Shown here piece by piece: positions 9,229 through 19,428 of a stretch of DNA of 64,000 bases; position 1 is the first letter of the stretch; the number at the start of each line of letters is the position of its first letter. The notes below the pieces were generated by a model. It did not search any database and had not been told where the DNA came from. It worked only from the letters and a program-made list of their open reading frames with translations. Both the position numbers and the translations under genes were made by a program. Source of the DNA: Candidatus Methanospirareceae archaeon (GTDB lineage: Archaea > Halobacteriota > Syntropharchaeia > Alkanophagales > Methanospirareceae); the NCBI GenBank assembly GCA_049975405.1, contig JBNGDK010000005.1:156-64155 (forward strand), given 5' to 3'.

Positions 9229-9978
9229 TCAGCGCTGATTCAATTTGAACCGCGGATCCTGTATGACGATCTCCGTGAGTCGCGCAGCCATGGCGCTCTT
9301 ACCTAACGCGTCCGCATTACCGATCTTATCCTCAAGATCCATATCGAACTCGATCGCACCCAGGAGCGGCACGTTGTATGCGCTCAACTCATCCCGCACG
9401 AGTGCGGACTCCCGCATCTTCATATTCTCAATGACGCCGATAATCGGCTTCTGAAGCTCCTGGAGCATCTGAATGACCTTCTTTACCGTGACCAGAGCGA
9501 CCTTCGAGCCAGTGGTCATGATCAGGAACTCGGCACGCTTCAGCCACCGGATGACGTCCATCGCCGCATCACCGATACCGGGTGGCATATCAACAATGAG
9601 GAAATCCAGGGCGCCCCACCGTGTAATGGCGAGCAATTCCAGCATCGCGTTCGTGATATCTTCACCGCGCAGTGGTGCAGCAGCATCGTCAGTGAAATAG
9701 CAGATGCTCATGAACGAGATGCCGTGTACCACAGGCGGGATAATACCGTACTCCTCCTCGGGGAAGACATCGTCAATGCCCAGGATCACGTGTGCGGAAG
9801 GCGCGGACATGTCCAGATCGAGCAGCCCGACCTTATAGCCCCGTTGCGCAAGGATCAGGGCGAGCACCGATGAGGTCAGGCTCTTTCCAATACCACCTTT
9901 ACCGCCGGTTACCGCGATGATTCGCTCTATACCCGCCAACCGTTTGTCAACCACGCTCACGCGCGGATCCATCGTCAT
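9229..9978 (-). CDS. Mrp/MinD-family P-loop ATPase, a candidate archaeal-type HypB given its position immediately downstream of hypA
   Basis: Deviant Walker A GGKGGIGKS. 249 aa. Sits 10 nt after hypA, and Mrp/MinD-type HypB is known from Thermococcus. Confidence 0.7.
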   Translation of the reverse strand: MTMDPRVSVVDKRLAGIERIIAVTGGKGGIGKSLTSSVLALILAQRGYKVGLLDLDMSAPSAHVILGIDDVFPEEEYGIIPPVVHGISFMSICYFTDDAAAPLRGEDITNAMLELLAITRWGALDFLIVDMPPGIGDAAMDVIRWLKRAEFLIMTTGSKVALVTVKKVIQMLQELQKPIIGVIENMKMRESALVRDELSAYNVPLLGAIEFDMDLEDKIGNADALGKSAMAARLTEIVIQDPRFKLNQR

Positions 9979-9987
9979 GCCCCTCCA

Positions 9988-10395
9988 TTATTTCAGCCCT
10001 TTTATCCGCTGGATCGTCACGCCACGACCCTGCACGACCTCAAAATCCGGGCTCTTACAGCTCGGGCAGCGCATATACGCGTGCGCCACTTCAGGCGCAA
10101 AATGAATCGCTTCGCCCTCCGCTTCGTTCAGACTCGCTTTCTGATAGCGCCATTCGGTACCGCAGACCCGGCATGTGAAGATCGCCGGCTCGTCCTCCAG
10201 CTTCACCTGCGCGTTCTGCAGCAGCTTCCCATGCATTTTGGTGATCTCGTCCAGCGCAAAGGTGAACGGGTCGAGCTCTATCTGTTGCAGCTCACCGATC
10301 CGCACGGTGATCTCCGTGATCTCGGTCATCCCTTCTTTACGCGCATCCGCAACGGCTGCCTCGATGACTGCCTCTGCCAGTGCCCATTCGTGCAT
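9988..10395 (-). CDS. hypA: Hydrogenase nickel incorporation protein HypA
   Basis: N-terminal MHEWALAEAVIEA and CxxC...CxxC zinc-ribbon motifs. 135 aa. Confidence 0.85.
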   Translation of the reverse strand: MHEWALAEAVIEAAVADARKEGMTEITEITVRIGELQQIELDPFTFALDEITKMHGKLLQNAQVKLEDEPAIFTCRVCGTEWRYQKASLNEAEGEAIHFAPEVAHAYMRCPSCKSPDFEVVQGRGVTIQRIKGLK

Positions 10396-10698
10396 CGTTC
10401 AGACTCGCTCCCTTCTCTTTCTGGTTATTAGTGAGGCACGAAGGGATAAGTAGCTAGCTTGATTCATGGCTCGATCGCTCGTGTGTTAATCCTCCTATAG
10501 CAGTATCGCGGTTTCAGTCACGATAGCTCTGCCGTGGATTGGAGACTTGACAATGCGATGCAGGAGAGAAATCGACATACGAGCGAGGACGCAGCGGGGA
10601 AAAAAGTATGTGGTTTAAAGCCCCCAGCGTATCCGCTATAAGGACAAAATCACGATTTGTCTTCTCATCTCAAAGTGAGCACCAGAACATGTTTAACC

Positions 10699-10827
10699 TT
10701 ATTTCTCTCTACGTCTCGGTCCACACGTGCAGGCGGCAGGTTCTTTACCGCAGATGCTACACTTATCCTCCGAGTTCAAAGGTGCCCCGCACGTAAAACA
10801 GTAGTATTGTTCAGGCATTTTTTCCAT
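10699..10827 (-). CDS. Unannotated small zinc-ribbon protein of 42 aa, MEKMPEQYYCFTCGAPLNSEDKCSICGKEPAACTCGPRRREK, in the 0.8 kb gap between hypA and the surface-protein gene
   Basis: Manual translation. Cys-pair motifs CxxC, CxxC and CxC. Below the ORF-track length cutoff. Confidence 0.3.
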   Translation of the reverse strand: MEKMPEQYYCFTCGAPLNSEDKCSICGKEPAACTCGPRRREK

Positions 10828-11202
10828 CGGGGAGCAATTAGTGCACTCGCTATTTAAAGGTTTCGCTTTTGAGTGGGTGTCAACTTATTGGGGGTTGGTG
10901 ATCTAAAGCATTCATCAAAAGCAATATTTTCACTCCGGCGGCTTAATTTTCGAGTTGATTTTGGGTAGCACCCACTAACTCTACAGCCCCATTACGCCGC
11001 AAACTTTTTAAGGCGCTTCACCATGTATTGTTACAATGAACACCTCTTCTGAAGGCGACCGCTTTTCAAGATGACAAATTCCTGGCTACTTCTGACCCCG
11101 AGGTTGTTTTTTTACTCCATCTCGGGCATTCTGAGACCTCATTGGCTACCCTGCTTCTAACAGCTTGACGATCCGTTCTGTCATAGCGCTCTAAGGAGGA
11201 AC

Positions 11203-14200
11203 GTGAAAAAGAGGGTGAAGCTGAAAATGAACAAACAAGTTGTAAGTCTCTTATTCATCGTTTTTTTTCTGGTGTTTGGGTTTGCACCATACTCTGGCGG
11301 CGAGAGTACGGTAAACTCACCGAACGGAGCAGTTGTGGACGCAGGGCCTTTATCGGAGGGACTTGCCGCACCGTATCCCATTCACAATCTGAACACCTCC
11401 GAACAGTTCTCCTCGATTCAGGCGGCCATTGACGCGCCTAATACGACTGAAGGTCATATCATCGAAGTCGATTCCGGCACCTACACCGAGAACGTGGTGG
11501 TGAACAAATCAATAACGATCAGATCATCTACGGGTGATCCATCTGGCACGGTTATTCAGGCGGCCAATACGAGCATTGATGTCGTTACGGTTACTGCTGA
11601 TCGGGTGACCATCAGCGGATTCACCATACTGAATGCAACAGCAGCAGGGAAAGCGGGTATCTTCCTCGCTTCGAGCGATAACCTTATCGAGAACAACATC
11701 GTGACCGGTAATTATAACGGTATTTTCGCACTGAATACGATTCCTGGTGGTCTACCGGCGATGTGTGTACAGAGCCTGTGGAGTGCACCGGCATTTGAGC
11801 GTTATTCTGGAAGAGATGCACGCGCGGCGGATAACGATGATGATGCCCGCACCAAGCTTTCAGAACCACCAAAACCGTCTGCTTTACGGACGTCACGAAA
11901 GGCGAGCTCGAGCGGGCCACTCGCGCTAGCTCTGGTTTATAGCGCGGGGGATTCACCACCAGCCTCGATTCAGCGTAATACGATACGTGCCAACAACGTG
12001 AGCCTCAATGAGTATATCGGCATCGTGTTATCTGGATCATCGGAAAACATTGTAGAGGATAATTGGTTGGACGCAAACGGTGACACAGGCATATATCTCG
12101 AATATGGAGACCACAATCTTGTGCGCAAAAACATCGTGACCTCGAATTACTGGGGCATTTATCTGTACCGTGGCGATAATAATACGTTATCCGGAAATAC
12201 GCTCGATTTAAATAGTATCGAGGGAATCTCCCTCGGTGACGCTACAAATACCCAGATTACTAACAACACAGTGAAGTATCAGCATTGGGATGGCGGTATC
12301 AGTCTCTGGGGCACCAGCAGTAATGCCACTATAACGGATAACATCGTCAGCTCTAATGAAGGTTCAGGGATTATCCTATGGGACGCTAATGATAACAATA
12401 CTATAGCTCGTAATGACGCACGGTACAACTACTACTCGGGAATTGACATTATGGGTACCAGCAGCAAGAATACGATCGAAGATAATATTGCCACGGCAAA
12501 TGAAGGATCTGGTATTTCATTGTGGGACTGGGCAAGTAACAATTACCTGAATAATAATATCCTTTCCAACCACAGCTACAATGGGATTGATTTGGGTGAT
12601 TTTACGAACAATAATAACATTGCAAACAACATGGCAAGCTACAACATTTTCAGTGGTATAGGACTGTTCGATTCTAGTAGTAATAATACGGTATTACAGA
12701 ACGAATTGTCAGGTAACCGATTTGGATTAAGCATTTACGGAACTGGCGGATATGGGTGCAATAACATAATAACGAATAACACCATTGTTAACAATCAGTT
12801 TCAGGGTATCTGGTTATTCAATGTATGGGACACTATTATAGCTCATAATATCGTCTCAAATAACACGTATTTTGGGATAGGCGCTTCCCGTTCTTCCAAT
12901 CTATCAATAAGCTCGAACGTCGTTACCGGCAATGAGCAGGGTATAGGGTTACTATATTTCTCTGATAATATAACTGTAACAGGCAACATTGCCACTGAAA
13001 ACAGGCTCTCGGGTATTTATGTATGGGCATCTGAAAACAGCACCTTTTCGAATAATTCGCTGAGTTCTAACATTTTTGAGGGTTTTTATCTTTTGGAAGC
13101 AAGTTATAACACGATATCCAATAATTTCGTAACAGGGAGCTATTGGGGGGCAGCGTTAATTGATGCATCGAACAACATTATAGCAAACAACGATGCGGAA
13201 TCGTGCTATTATAGTGAGGTATGGCTCTATTTATCGCCTGATAACACTATTATTAACGACACCTATTACATTCAGGACGATATATTCTACGGGGTCAGTG
13301 TGTCTATTTCAGAATCGTCAACGCCGGCATTGCAAGCGGTCACGACCGAAACAAATGCAACGTATAGTATCAAGGTAAAGAATCTTGGCAATGACTTGGA
13401 TGAATTTGAGCTATTCAATTCGAGCAGTGATGACCCTGCGATTCTCTTCCTGGACCCTCCCAGTATGCTGCTCGGGCCGCGCGACGTTTCGAGCATTACG
13501 CTTACCGTTGGCGATTCCGAGCCGGGCATATACCGCGTTACGGTAGAAGCGCGCTCAAAGTATGACCCGACCGTGACGGACAGCCTGGAAACACGGACGA
13601 TCGTGCGCGGCATCGTCGGTCCAGAGCCCGATGTAACCAACAGTATCACTGATTCCGCGATCATCAATTGCTCAGAGGACGGGTCAATGTCATCTATTAG
13701 CGGTTCTGTCATTGATAGATCCGCAATTATTGACTCCACCATTACTGATTCTACGATCACCAACTCGGTTATCACGAACAGCGTGGTGGTTGGCACAGTC
13801 CTCCCTCCTGAGATTACCCTCACCAACGCGATGGTGCATGCGGGCATCATTTCAGAAGGCTCTATCACGATACAGGGCGTCACGTACACCATCGATTCTG
13901 ACCGGCGGCTTGATGAGCTCATTATCGGCTCGGATTTCAGTGACAGTAATCTCGTGGGGCTTGCGGGTGCGCGCACGCTGTACGTGACCGCTACCGAGTC
14001 GGACGTGGACTTCGATATCAGTGCTAAGGATGATTATTCCGCCGGCTCGCTGCGTGTGCAACGCGCGATCCTGCCGCCAGCGGGCGTTCGTGAGCTCACG
14101 AACAGTATCGGCGGCTATGTATGGGCGAACGTGAGCGCGAACGTGGCGAACAGCACCGGATGGGTGGTGATTACGGTATTCTATGATCCGGGTGAGCTGG

Positions 14201-14736
14201 GAGATCTCGACGAGCGCTCCCTGACGCTTCGGTATTACAATGAACGTTCCGGAGACTGGGAGGAGGTACCTGTCGGTGGCGTTAATCTCACCGGGCATTA
14301 CGTCTGGGCGAACATCTCACATTACAGTGTCTTCTCGGTTTCTGGTACGGTCACCCCGAAACGAGATATACGCCCAGGTGGTAGCGCTGCGTCGCTCGAT
14401 GCTGATGGTGATGGGCTTTCAACGCTCCAGGAGCTGATCATGGGAACAGATCAGTACAACAACGATACGGACGGAGATGGTTATGACGACGGTATAGACC
14501 CCTTCCCCCTGGATCCGGCGCGGCCGTTACAGCCCACGCCGACGGTGATGCCGGAACCAACGCCAAGTCCAACAGCATTACCCACACCGCCATTATCTCC
14601 GCCACCTGCTTCACCGATGCCAACAGCTGCTCAAGAGGGCTGGGATTTCGAGTTACCGATCCCCGGATATGAAGCAATCGTTGCCCTCTGCTGCTTCATA
14701 ATCGTGGTATGTATTGCACAACGGCGCAGGCGCTGA
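11203..14736 (+). CDS. Large secreted cell-surface protein, 1177 aa. It has a signal peptide, NosD-like parallel beta-helix (PbH1) repeats, a C-terminal module shared with the 2133-aa protein, a Pro/Thr linker and a PGF-CTERM-like anchor (PGYEAIVAL...RRRR). GTG start at 11203, alternative ATG at 11227.
   Basis: Beta-helix repeats NNIVTGNYNGIFAL and ITNNT..G. TSP3-like DTDGDGYDDGIDPFPLDP. Module YVWANISHYSVFSV. Consistent with an archaeosortase substrate. Confidence 0.8.
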   Translation: MKKRVKLKMNKQVVSLLFIVFFLVFGFAPYSGGESTVNSPNGAVVDAGPLSEGLAAPYPIHNLNTSEQFSSIQAAIDAPNTTEGHIIEVDSGTYTENVVVNKSITIRSSTGDPSGTVIQAANTSIDVVTVTADRVTISGFTILNATAAGKAGIFLASSDNLIENNIVTGNYNGIFALNTIPGGLPAMCVQSLWSAPAFERYSGRDARAADNDDDARTKLSEPPKPSALRTSRKASSSGPLALALVYSAGDSPPASIQRNTIRANNVSLNEYIGIVLSGSSENIVEDNWLDANGDTGIYLEYGDHNLVRKNIVTSNYWGIYLYRGDNNTLSGNTLDLNSIEGISLGDATNTQITNNTVKYQHWDGGISLWGTSSNATITDNIVSSNEGSGIILWDANDNNTIARNDARYNYYSGIDIMGTSSKNTIEDNIATANEGSGISLWDWASNNYLNNNILSNHSYNGIDLGDFTNNNNIANNMASYNIFSGIGLFDSSSNNTVLQNELSGNRFGLSIYGTGGYGCNNIITNNTIVNNQFQGIWLFNVWDTIIAHNIVSNNTYFGIGASRSSNLSISSNVVTGNEQGIGLLYFSDNITVTGNIATENRLSGIYVWASENSTFSNNSLSSNIFEGFYLLEASYNTISNNFVTGSYWGAALIDASNNIIANNDAESCYYSEVWLYLSPDNTIINDTYYIQDDIFYGVSVSISESSTPALQAVTTETNATYSIKVKNLGNDLDEFELFNSSSDDPAILFLDPPSMLLGPRDVSSITLTVGDSEPGIYRVTVEARSKYDPTVTDSLETRTIVRGIVGPEPDVTNSITDSAIINCSEDGSMSSISGSVIDRSAIIDSTITDSTITNSVITNSVVVGTVLPPEITLTNAMVHAGIISEGSITIQGVTYTIDSDRRLDELIIGSDFSDSNLVGLAGARTLYVTATESDVDFDISAKDDYSAGSLRVQRAILPPAGVRELTNSIGGYVWANVSANVANSTGWVVITVFYDPGELGDLDERSLTLRYYNERSGDWEEVPVGGVNLTGHYVWANISHYSVFSVSGTVTPKRDIRPGGSAASLDADGDGLSTLQELIMGTDQYNNDTDGDGYDDGIDPFPLDPARPLQPTPTVMPEPTPSPTALPTPPLSPPPASPMPTAAQEGWDFELPIPGYEAIVALCCFIIVVCIAQRRRR

Positions 14737-14751
14737 GTGAACCACTTTTAG

Positions 14752-16224
14752 CTAGCGACTGGTAAGCGGGGCAGTTCTCGCCAGCTCTTCATGGATTCTG
14801 CTCTGGTAGCGGTTGAAATCAGCAAGGCTGCCATCTGCAAGCGCCCATGTCGCCTCGGAAACCCGGGTGTTTTCCGGATCATACCACTGATCCACGAGCG
14901 TGATCACATAGGCGTAGCGCTTTGTCTGCCACTCATGCGCATCGAGCGTCCCGCCGGGATATTCCAACCCATAACGTTCACAGGTTGTTCGCATCAGATA
15001 TGGATATCCTGCAACGGTGTTGAATTCCTCGAAGTCGTAGAAGAAGAGCAGCTCGTTGACGGGATTCACGGTGAATGCTAGAGCGTTCTGGGGCTTATCC
15101 ACATTGACAATGAACTCGCCCACGATCTGATCGCCGTAGACACCCAGGCGGTCATCGAATCTGAAGCTACCCTCGGGCAATGAGAAGATCACACCGCCTC
15201 CAATTTTGTCACCGAGCAGGATGTGGGTCGGGAACATCAGCGAGAACGCGGCAGAACCAACGTGCCACGGCTTCCGCTCGCTCCGCCCGATGGTGGTGAG
15301 ATTGTAGAGCAGCGGTGGGCCCCACAAATCGTAATTTGAGTTATCCCCGCCGCGCATACAGGTAGTGCGATACTCATCAATCAAGACCCAGGATTGCACG
15401 ATCTCATCCGGATCCCTGACAGCGTTCGGATAGACGTATCCCTCCTTCTGGAGGTTGATGAGTTCAACGGCATTGATGAAGTATGGTCTGTCGGCGAAGA
15501 TGCCGAATATGACCTCTGCTTCCACATCATAGCCCTCTCCCCTCTCCACCTGACACGTATCCCAGCTACGAGTATCGATCATCAGAAAGCCCCGGGCTGC
15601 GTCCTCGTAAACGAACTCGTATTCCAGTCCGTCGGTGTCGTAGAGCGCCGTGCTTGCATAAGCGAGTGAATTGTCACCGTCATGATCAGCAAAGCCGAAA
15701 TCACAGGCCGTGAGGACATCGATCTTGCTCGAAACGGCATCATTGTAGACCAGGATATCCCGGTCTCTCATCCTATCAAAGATCGTATAGTAGCTGTGAT
15801 CCAGGTTGATATTCAACCGGTAATAGGGGTTCTCAACGACCAGCCAGCCCTTATCCGGTGCATGCTTGCTCGTGCAGGGCTCCCAGATACGGACGTACCC
15901 GCCGTCCCCGTAGGTCAGCAGATGGCGGATCTGCGTTGGCGTTATCTGCTCACTTTCAATCAGCGATCCCTCCTGGTCGGGAGCCTCATGATATTGATAG
16001 TACCACTCGTGTACCCCAACGTGCACCGCCGCATCAAATAGGGCAATGGCGACGAAGAAGAGGATAGCGAGGAAAAGTGTCAAAACGGGCTTGTTCTTGT
16101 ACAGTCTGGTAAAGCGGTCATGAACAACACCGTGGAGGTCCGAGAACGTTGCAAACTTATCGTCAATACGCTCGCAGACCGCTCTCAGCCTTCTCGGGCG
16201 GGGCTTACTTTCTTCACTGGCCAT
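14752..16224 (-). CDS. Hypothetical N-terminally membrane-anchored protein, 490 aa, of unknown family. One TM helix followed by a large extracytoplasmic domain.
   Basis: TM segment VLTLFLAILFFVAIALF. No recognisable catalytic motifs. Convergent with the surface-protein gene. Confidence 0.55.
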   Translation of the reverse strand: MASEESKPRPRRLRAVCERIDDKFATFSDLHGVVHDRFTRLYKNKPVLTLFLAILFFVAIALFDAAVHVGVHEWYYQYHEAPDQEGSLIESEQITPTQIRHLLTYGDGGYVRIWEPCTSKHAPDKGWLVVENPYYRLNINLDHSYYTIFDRMRDRDILVYNDAVSSKIDVLTACDFGFADHDGDNSLAYASTALYDTDGLEYEFVYEDAARGFLMIDTRSWDTCQVERGEGYDVEAEVIFGIFADRPYFINAVELINLQKEGYVYPNAVRDPDEIVQSWVLIDEYRTTCMRGGDNSNYDLWGPPLLYNLTTIGRSERKPWHVGSAAFSLMFPTHILLGDKIGGGVIFSLPEGSFRFDDRLGVYGDQIVGEFIVNVDKPQNALAFTVNPVNELLFFYDFEEFNTVAGYPYLMRTTCERYGLEYPGGTLDAHEWQTKRYAYVITLVDQWYDPENTRVSEATWALADGSLADFNRYQSRIHEELARTAPLTSR

Positions 16225-16358
16225 TACACACCTCTCCCTTCCTATATTATAGGTGGTACTGCTCCCTTTTTAGATTACCCCACGCTTTGTTGAATCTTCA
16301 GCGTGAACTACTTTGCGGTCGTGGAATTCATATGCTTGCCGTTTGTTGTTGCTGCTGT

Positions 16359-17054
16359 TCATTCTCCACGGTTAGCTACTTCCTGCCGCTTCTGCATCAC
16401 GAAGAAGACAGAAGCGTTTTGTTCAGGATTGCTTTTGAACAGCGATACTTCGCGATACTCTCTGTCAAGCACTGCAAGCGCCTTTGTGTCGTCGCGGTAT
16501 TTTGCACGCAGTTCCGCTATCCGCTTCTCCAGCGGCTCATAATATGCACACCACCATTCATCGGCGGAAATGGTAAACTGCCCGAGCAACTCATAGCCGC
16601 TTTTGGTGATGTGGTTCTGTTTCGTCTTCAGGTCACCGAGTTCATCATGAACCACCAGGAAACCGGCGGGCTTGAGCAGTCGTCGCCATGCTTGCAGACC
16701 CTGTTCAAAGCCAATAACCGCGATTGAGCCCTCGGCCCAGAGGATATCGAAGCTCTCGTCCGGGAACTCCAGCTCGAATAGCGAGCCGTTCACAGCCGTC
16801 ACCCGATCTGCGAGGTTTGCCGCAGCGATCTTCTGCTGTAGATCGTCCAGTGCAGGCTGATTGATGTCCAGTCCTGTTACTGTTCCGTTACTCACCCGCG
16901 CGAGCTCCAGCGTCGGAACGCCCGTGCCGCAGCCGATATCCAGAATAGCGGGATGATTAAGCGCGGGCTGCATCCGAAATGCGCGCCGCGTGTAGCACAG
17001 AAGGTTAGCTCTTACCCGGTCTTTGCACAGCTCATCCTGCACTTCAGTGGTCAT
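16359..17054 (-). CDS. Class I SAM-dependent methyltransferase
   Basis: Motif I ILDIGCGTG and an acidic-loop motif. 231 aa. Confidence 0.85.
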   Translation of the reverse strand: MTTEVQDELCKDRVRANLLCYTRRAFRMQPALNHPAILDIGCGTGVPTLELARVSNGTVTGLDINQPALDDLQQKIAAANLADRVTAVNGSLFELEFPDESFDILWAEGSIAVIGFEQGLQAWRRLLKPAGFLVVHDELGDLKTKQNHITKSGYELLGQFTISADEWWCAYYEPLEKRIAELRAKYRDDTKALAVLDREYREVSLFKSNPEQNASVFFVMQKRQEVANRGE

Positions 17055-17103
17055 GCGAATTCAGTAATTACTCGACTATTGCTCGGTCACGTCACTGCAT
17101 GCG

Positions 17104-17490
17104 TCACTTAACTCTTTGCGCGCCCTTCGCGATCGCTTCCTCGACTGCGGCGAGATCCTTCATCACGAATACTCGCTCCTTCGCGCGATCCTCCGAATGA
17201 ACGGAATTCTTCAGTATCGGTGCGTATTTCTTGAACCGATCGATCTTCACCGTATAGGGGGCGGTATCCTCGATCGGAACGGGCTCGAAACCCCGCTCCT
17301 CCAGATAGGCGATCACCTTATCCCGCTCACTCACGTTCTCGAACTCGAACCGGTAGGTCTCGCGATGGTAATACTCAGCCAGCTCTTTGAAGATCTCAGG
17401 CTCGCCGAAGAAGTGCTTGAAGCACCACAATCTGCCAATCTTGAAGATATTGATCTTCTCCTTCTTTACCTTCGGTTGCTGAGCGCTCAT
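17104..17490 (-). CDS. Hypothetical protein of unknown function. Start set at MSAQQPKVKKEK, with a perfect AAGGAGG Shine-Dalgarno 6 nt upstream.
   Basis: ORF-track ORF 17104-17553 trimmed to the Met with a strong RBS. No family recognised. Confidence 0.5.
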   Translation of the reverse strand: MSAQQPKVKKEKINIFKIGRLWCFKHFFGEPEIFKELAEYYHRETYRFEFENVSERDKVIAYLEERGFEPVPIEDTAPYTVKIDRFKKYAPILKNSVHSEDRAKERVFVMKDLAAVEEAIAKGAQRVK

Positions 17491-17679
17491 GCTTGCCTCC
17501 TTTAGTTTACTATTCGTCAAGCCAGGATAAAACCTTTCGCGATGCATACACATCTTCTGCTGCCAGGTTGACCGCGGATTTTCGCACGTGACACCTGAAC
17601 ACCATGCACTTCACGGGTTCGGCACGAGCTATCGCGCCCGTCACCAGATTAAGCCGGGCCAAGGGGGTCAAACCACCAA

Positions 17680-17697
17680 AAAGCTTATATATATCCT
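17680..17697 (+). promoter_or_regulatory. Archaeal BRE/TATA promoter for the histone gene: caaaaag then ttatatatat, about 30 nt upstream of the ATG
   Basis: The TATA box TTATATATAT centre lies about 34 nt before the ATG at 17724, implying a very short leader. Confidence 0.45.
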
Positions 17698-17723
17698 CCT
17701 CGTACCCAGTATCAGTGATAAAA

Positions 17724-17924
17724 ATGGCTGTATTACCAAAAGCACCTGTAACCAGGTTGGTTAAGAGCGCAGGAGCCGAGCGAGTGAGTGAAGAGGCCGC
17801 TGAAGAGATGACACAGCTGCTCGAGGACTATGGCGCGAAGATCGCGAAGAAGGCTGTGGCACTCGCGAAGCACGCTGGTCGGAAGACCGTGAAGGCCGAG
17901 GACATCGCGCAGGCTGTAGATTAA
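17724..17924 (+). CDS. Archaeal histone (HMfA/HMfB family), 66 aa. Start trimmed from the track ORF at 17604.
   Basis: Sequence [66 protein letters not shown] matches the histone-fold consensus of archaeal histones. Confidence 0.9.
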   Translation: MAVLPKAPVTRLVKSAGAERVSEEAAEEMTQLLEDYGAKIAKKAVALAKHAGRKTVKAEDIAQAVD

Positions 17925-17959
17925 AAAGGCATACCGAAGAGGAGGGGAGAACGAATCAA

Positions 17960-17992
17960 TTCAGATCATCCCCTTTTTATTTTTTTACTCAT
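17960..17992 (+). terminator. Short hairpin (agggga...tcccct) followed by ttttatttttttac; an oligo-T terminator after the histone gene
   Basis: T-run immediately 3' of the histone stop. Confidence 0.45.
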
Positions 17993-18138
17993 TCATGCAG
18001 TGATGGTGCTTCAGGTCGCACAGCGCGCATTCTCATCGTCCGATCGCGCCTGACGTAGTGCTTTCTCGTCTTCAGTGCGTTGAAGAACGATCTGGCAGTG
18101 CGCTATAACCCTTATATCCTCTCAATCTTGATGGACTC

Positions 18139-19428
18139 TTGATGCAGCAATCTGAGTTTGAAGAGGGCGACCGCATACGGGTACGAAAGAGTACCGATTC
18201 CGGCATCACCGTCTACGAAGGCATTTTCATGCCCACGGCATCGCAGAATATCGTCATTAAGCTCGACAGCGGCTATAACATCGGTATTCGGCCTCAGGAT
18301 GTTGAGCTCGAGCTGGTCAGTAGAGCAGGTGTAGTTCAGGAGCATACGGCGGTCGAAGCACCAGAAACGCAAAGAACAGAACGCTTGCCTTTCCTCGCGA
18401 TACTCTCGACGGGCGGCACGATCGCCTCGAAGGTCGATTATCGAACCGGTGCGGTCTCACCGCAATTCACCACTGCGGATATCCTCGAGGCCATTCCAGA
18501 GCTGGGCCAGATCGCCACCATTACTGGCCAGGTCGTGTACAGCATACTGAGCGAGAACATGCGTGCCACGTACTGGCAGCGACTCGCTGCTGAGGTCCAT
18601 GCGGAGATACAGAATGGGGCGGACGGTATTATCGTGACTCACGGGACCGATACCATGGGCTATACCGCTGCGGCACTGGCATTCATGGTGCAGACGCCCG
18701 TGCCAGTTGTGCTCGTCGGCTCTCAGCGCAGTTCAGACCGCCCGTCCAGTGATGCCTCGATGAACGCGATCTGCGCCGCGAAAGTGGCCACGAGCGACAT
18801 CGCTGAGGTTGTGGTCGTGATGCATGGCAGCACCTCCGACGATTTCTGTCTCATACACCGCGGCACGAAGGTGCGGAAGATGCACACCTCGGCCCGGCCC
18901 GCATTCCAATCGATCAATGATGAGCCTATTGGCCGAGTATGGTACAGCGCCGGCGATGTGGCGAGAGTGCGGATCGAGGCCACAGCGCCCTATGTACAGC
19001 GTGGCGAGCGCGAATTGGTGCTCAGAGCTGCGCTTGAAGAGCGGTGTGCGCTCATCAAGTTCTTTCCGGGTGAAGATCCCGCAGTGCTCGAGTATTTCGT
19101 CGAGCAGGGCTATAAGGGGCTTGTCGTGGAGGGCACAGGGTTAGGACACGTCTCCGCGGAATGGATCCCGAGCATACGGCGCACGGTGGAGCGCGGCATT
19201 CCTGTCGTGATGACCTCCCAATGTTTATATGGCGCCATCTGTGATAGGGTCTATGATACCGGCCGTGATCTACTCCATGCGGGCGTCATAGAGGCTGAGG
19301 ACATGCTGCCCGAGACGGCGTTGGTGAAGTTGATGTGGGTGCTCGGCCAGACGCAGGATATGGCGTCTGTAGGGCAGATGATGCAGGAGAATATCGCCGG
19401 TGAGATAAAAGGGAGACGAATGCCATGA
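18139..19428 (+). CDS. gatD: Glutamyl-tRNA(Gln) amidotransferase subunit D (archaeal GatD, asparaginase-like)
   Basis: 429 aa. N-terminal GatD domain plus an asparaginase domain with the [10 protein letters not shown] threonine motif. Confidence 0.9.
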   Translation: MMQQSEFEEGDRIRVRKSTDSGITVYEGIFMPTASQNIVIKLDSGYNIGIRPQDVELELVSRAGVVQEHTAVEAPETQRTERLPFLAILSTGGTIASKVDYRTGAVSPQFTTADILEAIPELGQIATITGQVVYSILSENMRATYWQRLAAEVHAEIQNGADGIIVTHGTDTMGYTAAALAFMVQTPVPVVLVGSQRSSDRPSSDASMNAICAAKVATSDIAEVVVVMHGSTSDDFCLIHRGTKVRKMHTSARPAFQSINDEPIGRVWYSAGDVARVRIEATAPYVQRGERELVLRAALEERCALIKFFPGEDPAVLEYFVEQGYKGLVVEGTGLGHVSAEWIPSIRRTVERGIPVVMTSQCLYGAICDRVYDTGRDLLHAGVIEAEDMLPETALVKLMWVLGQTQDMASVGQMMQENIAGEIKGRRMP

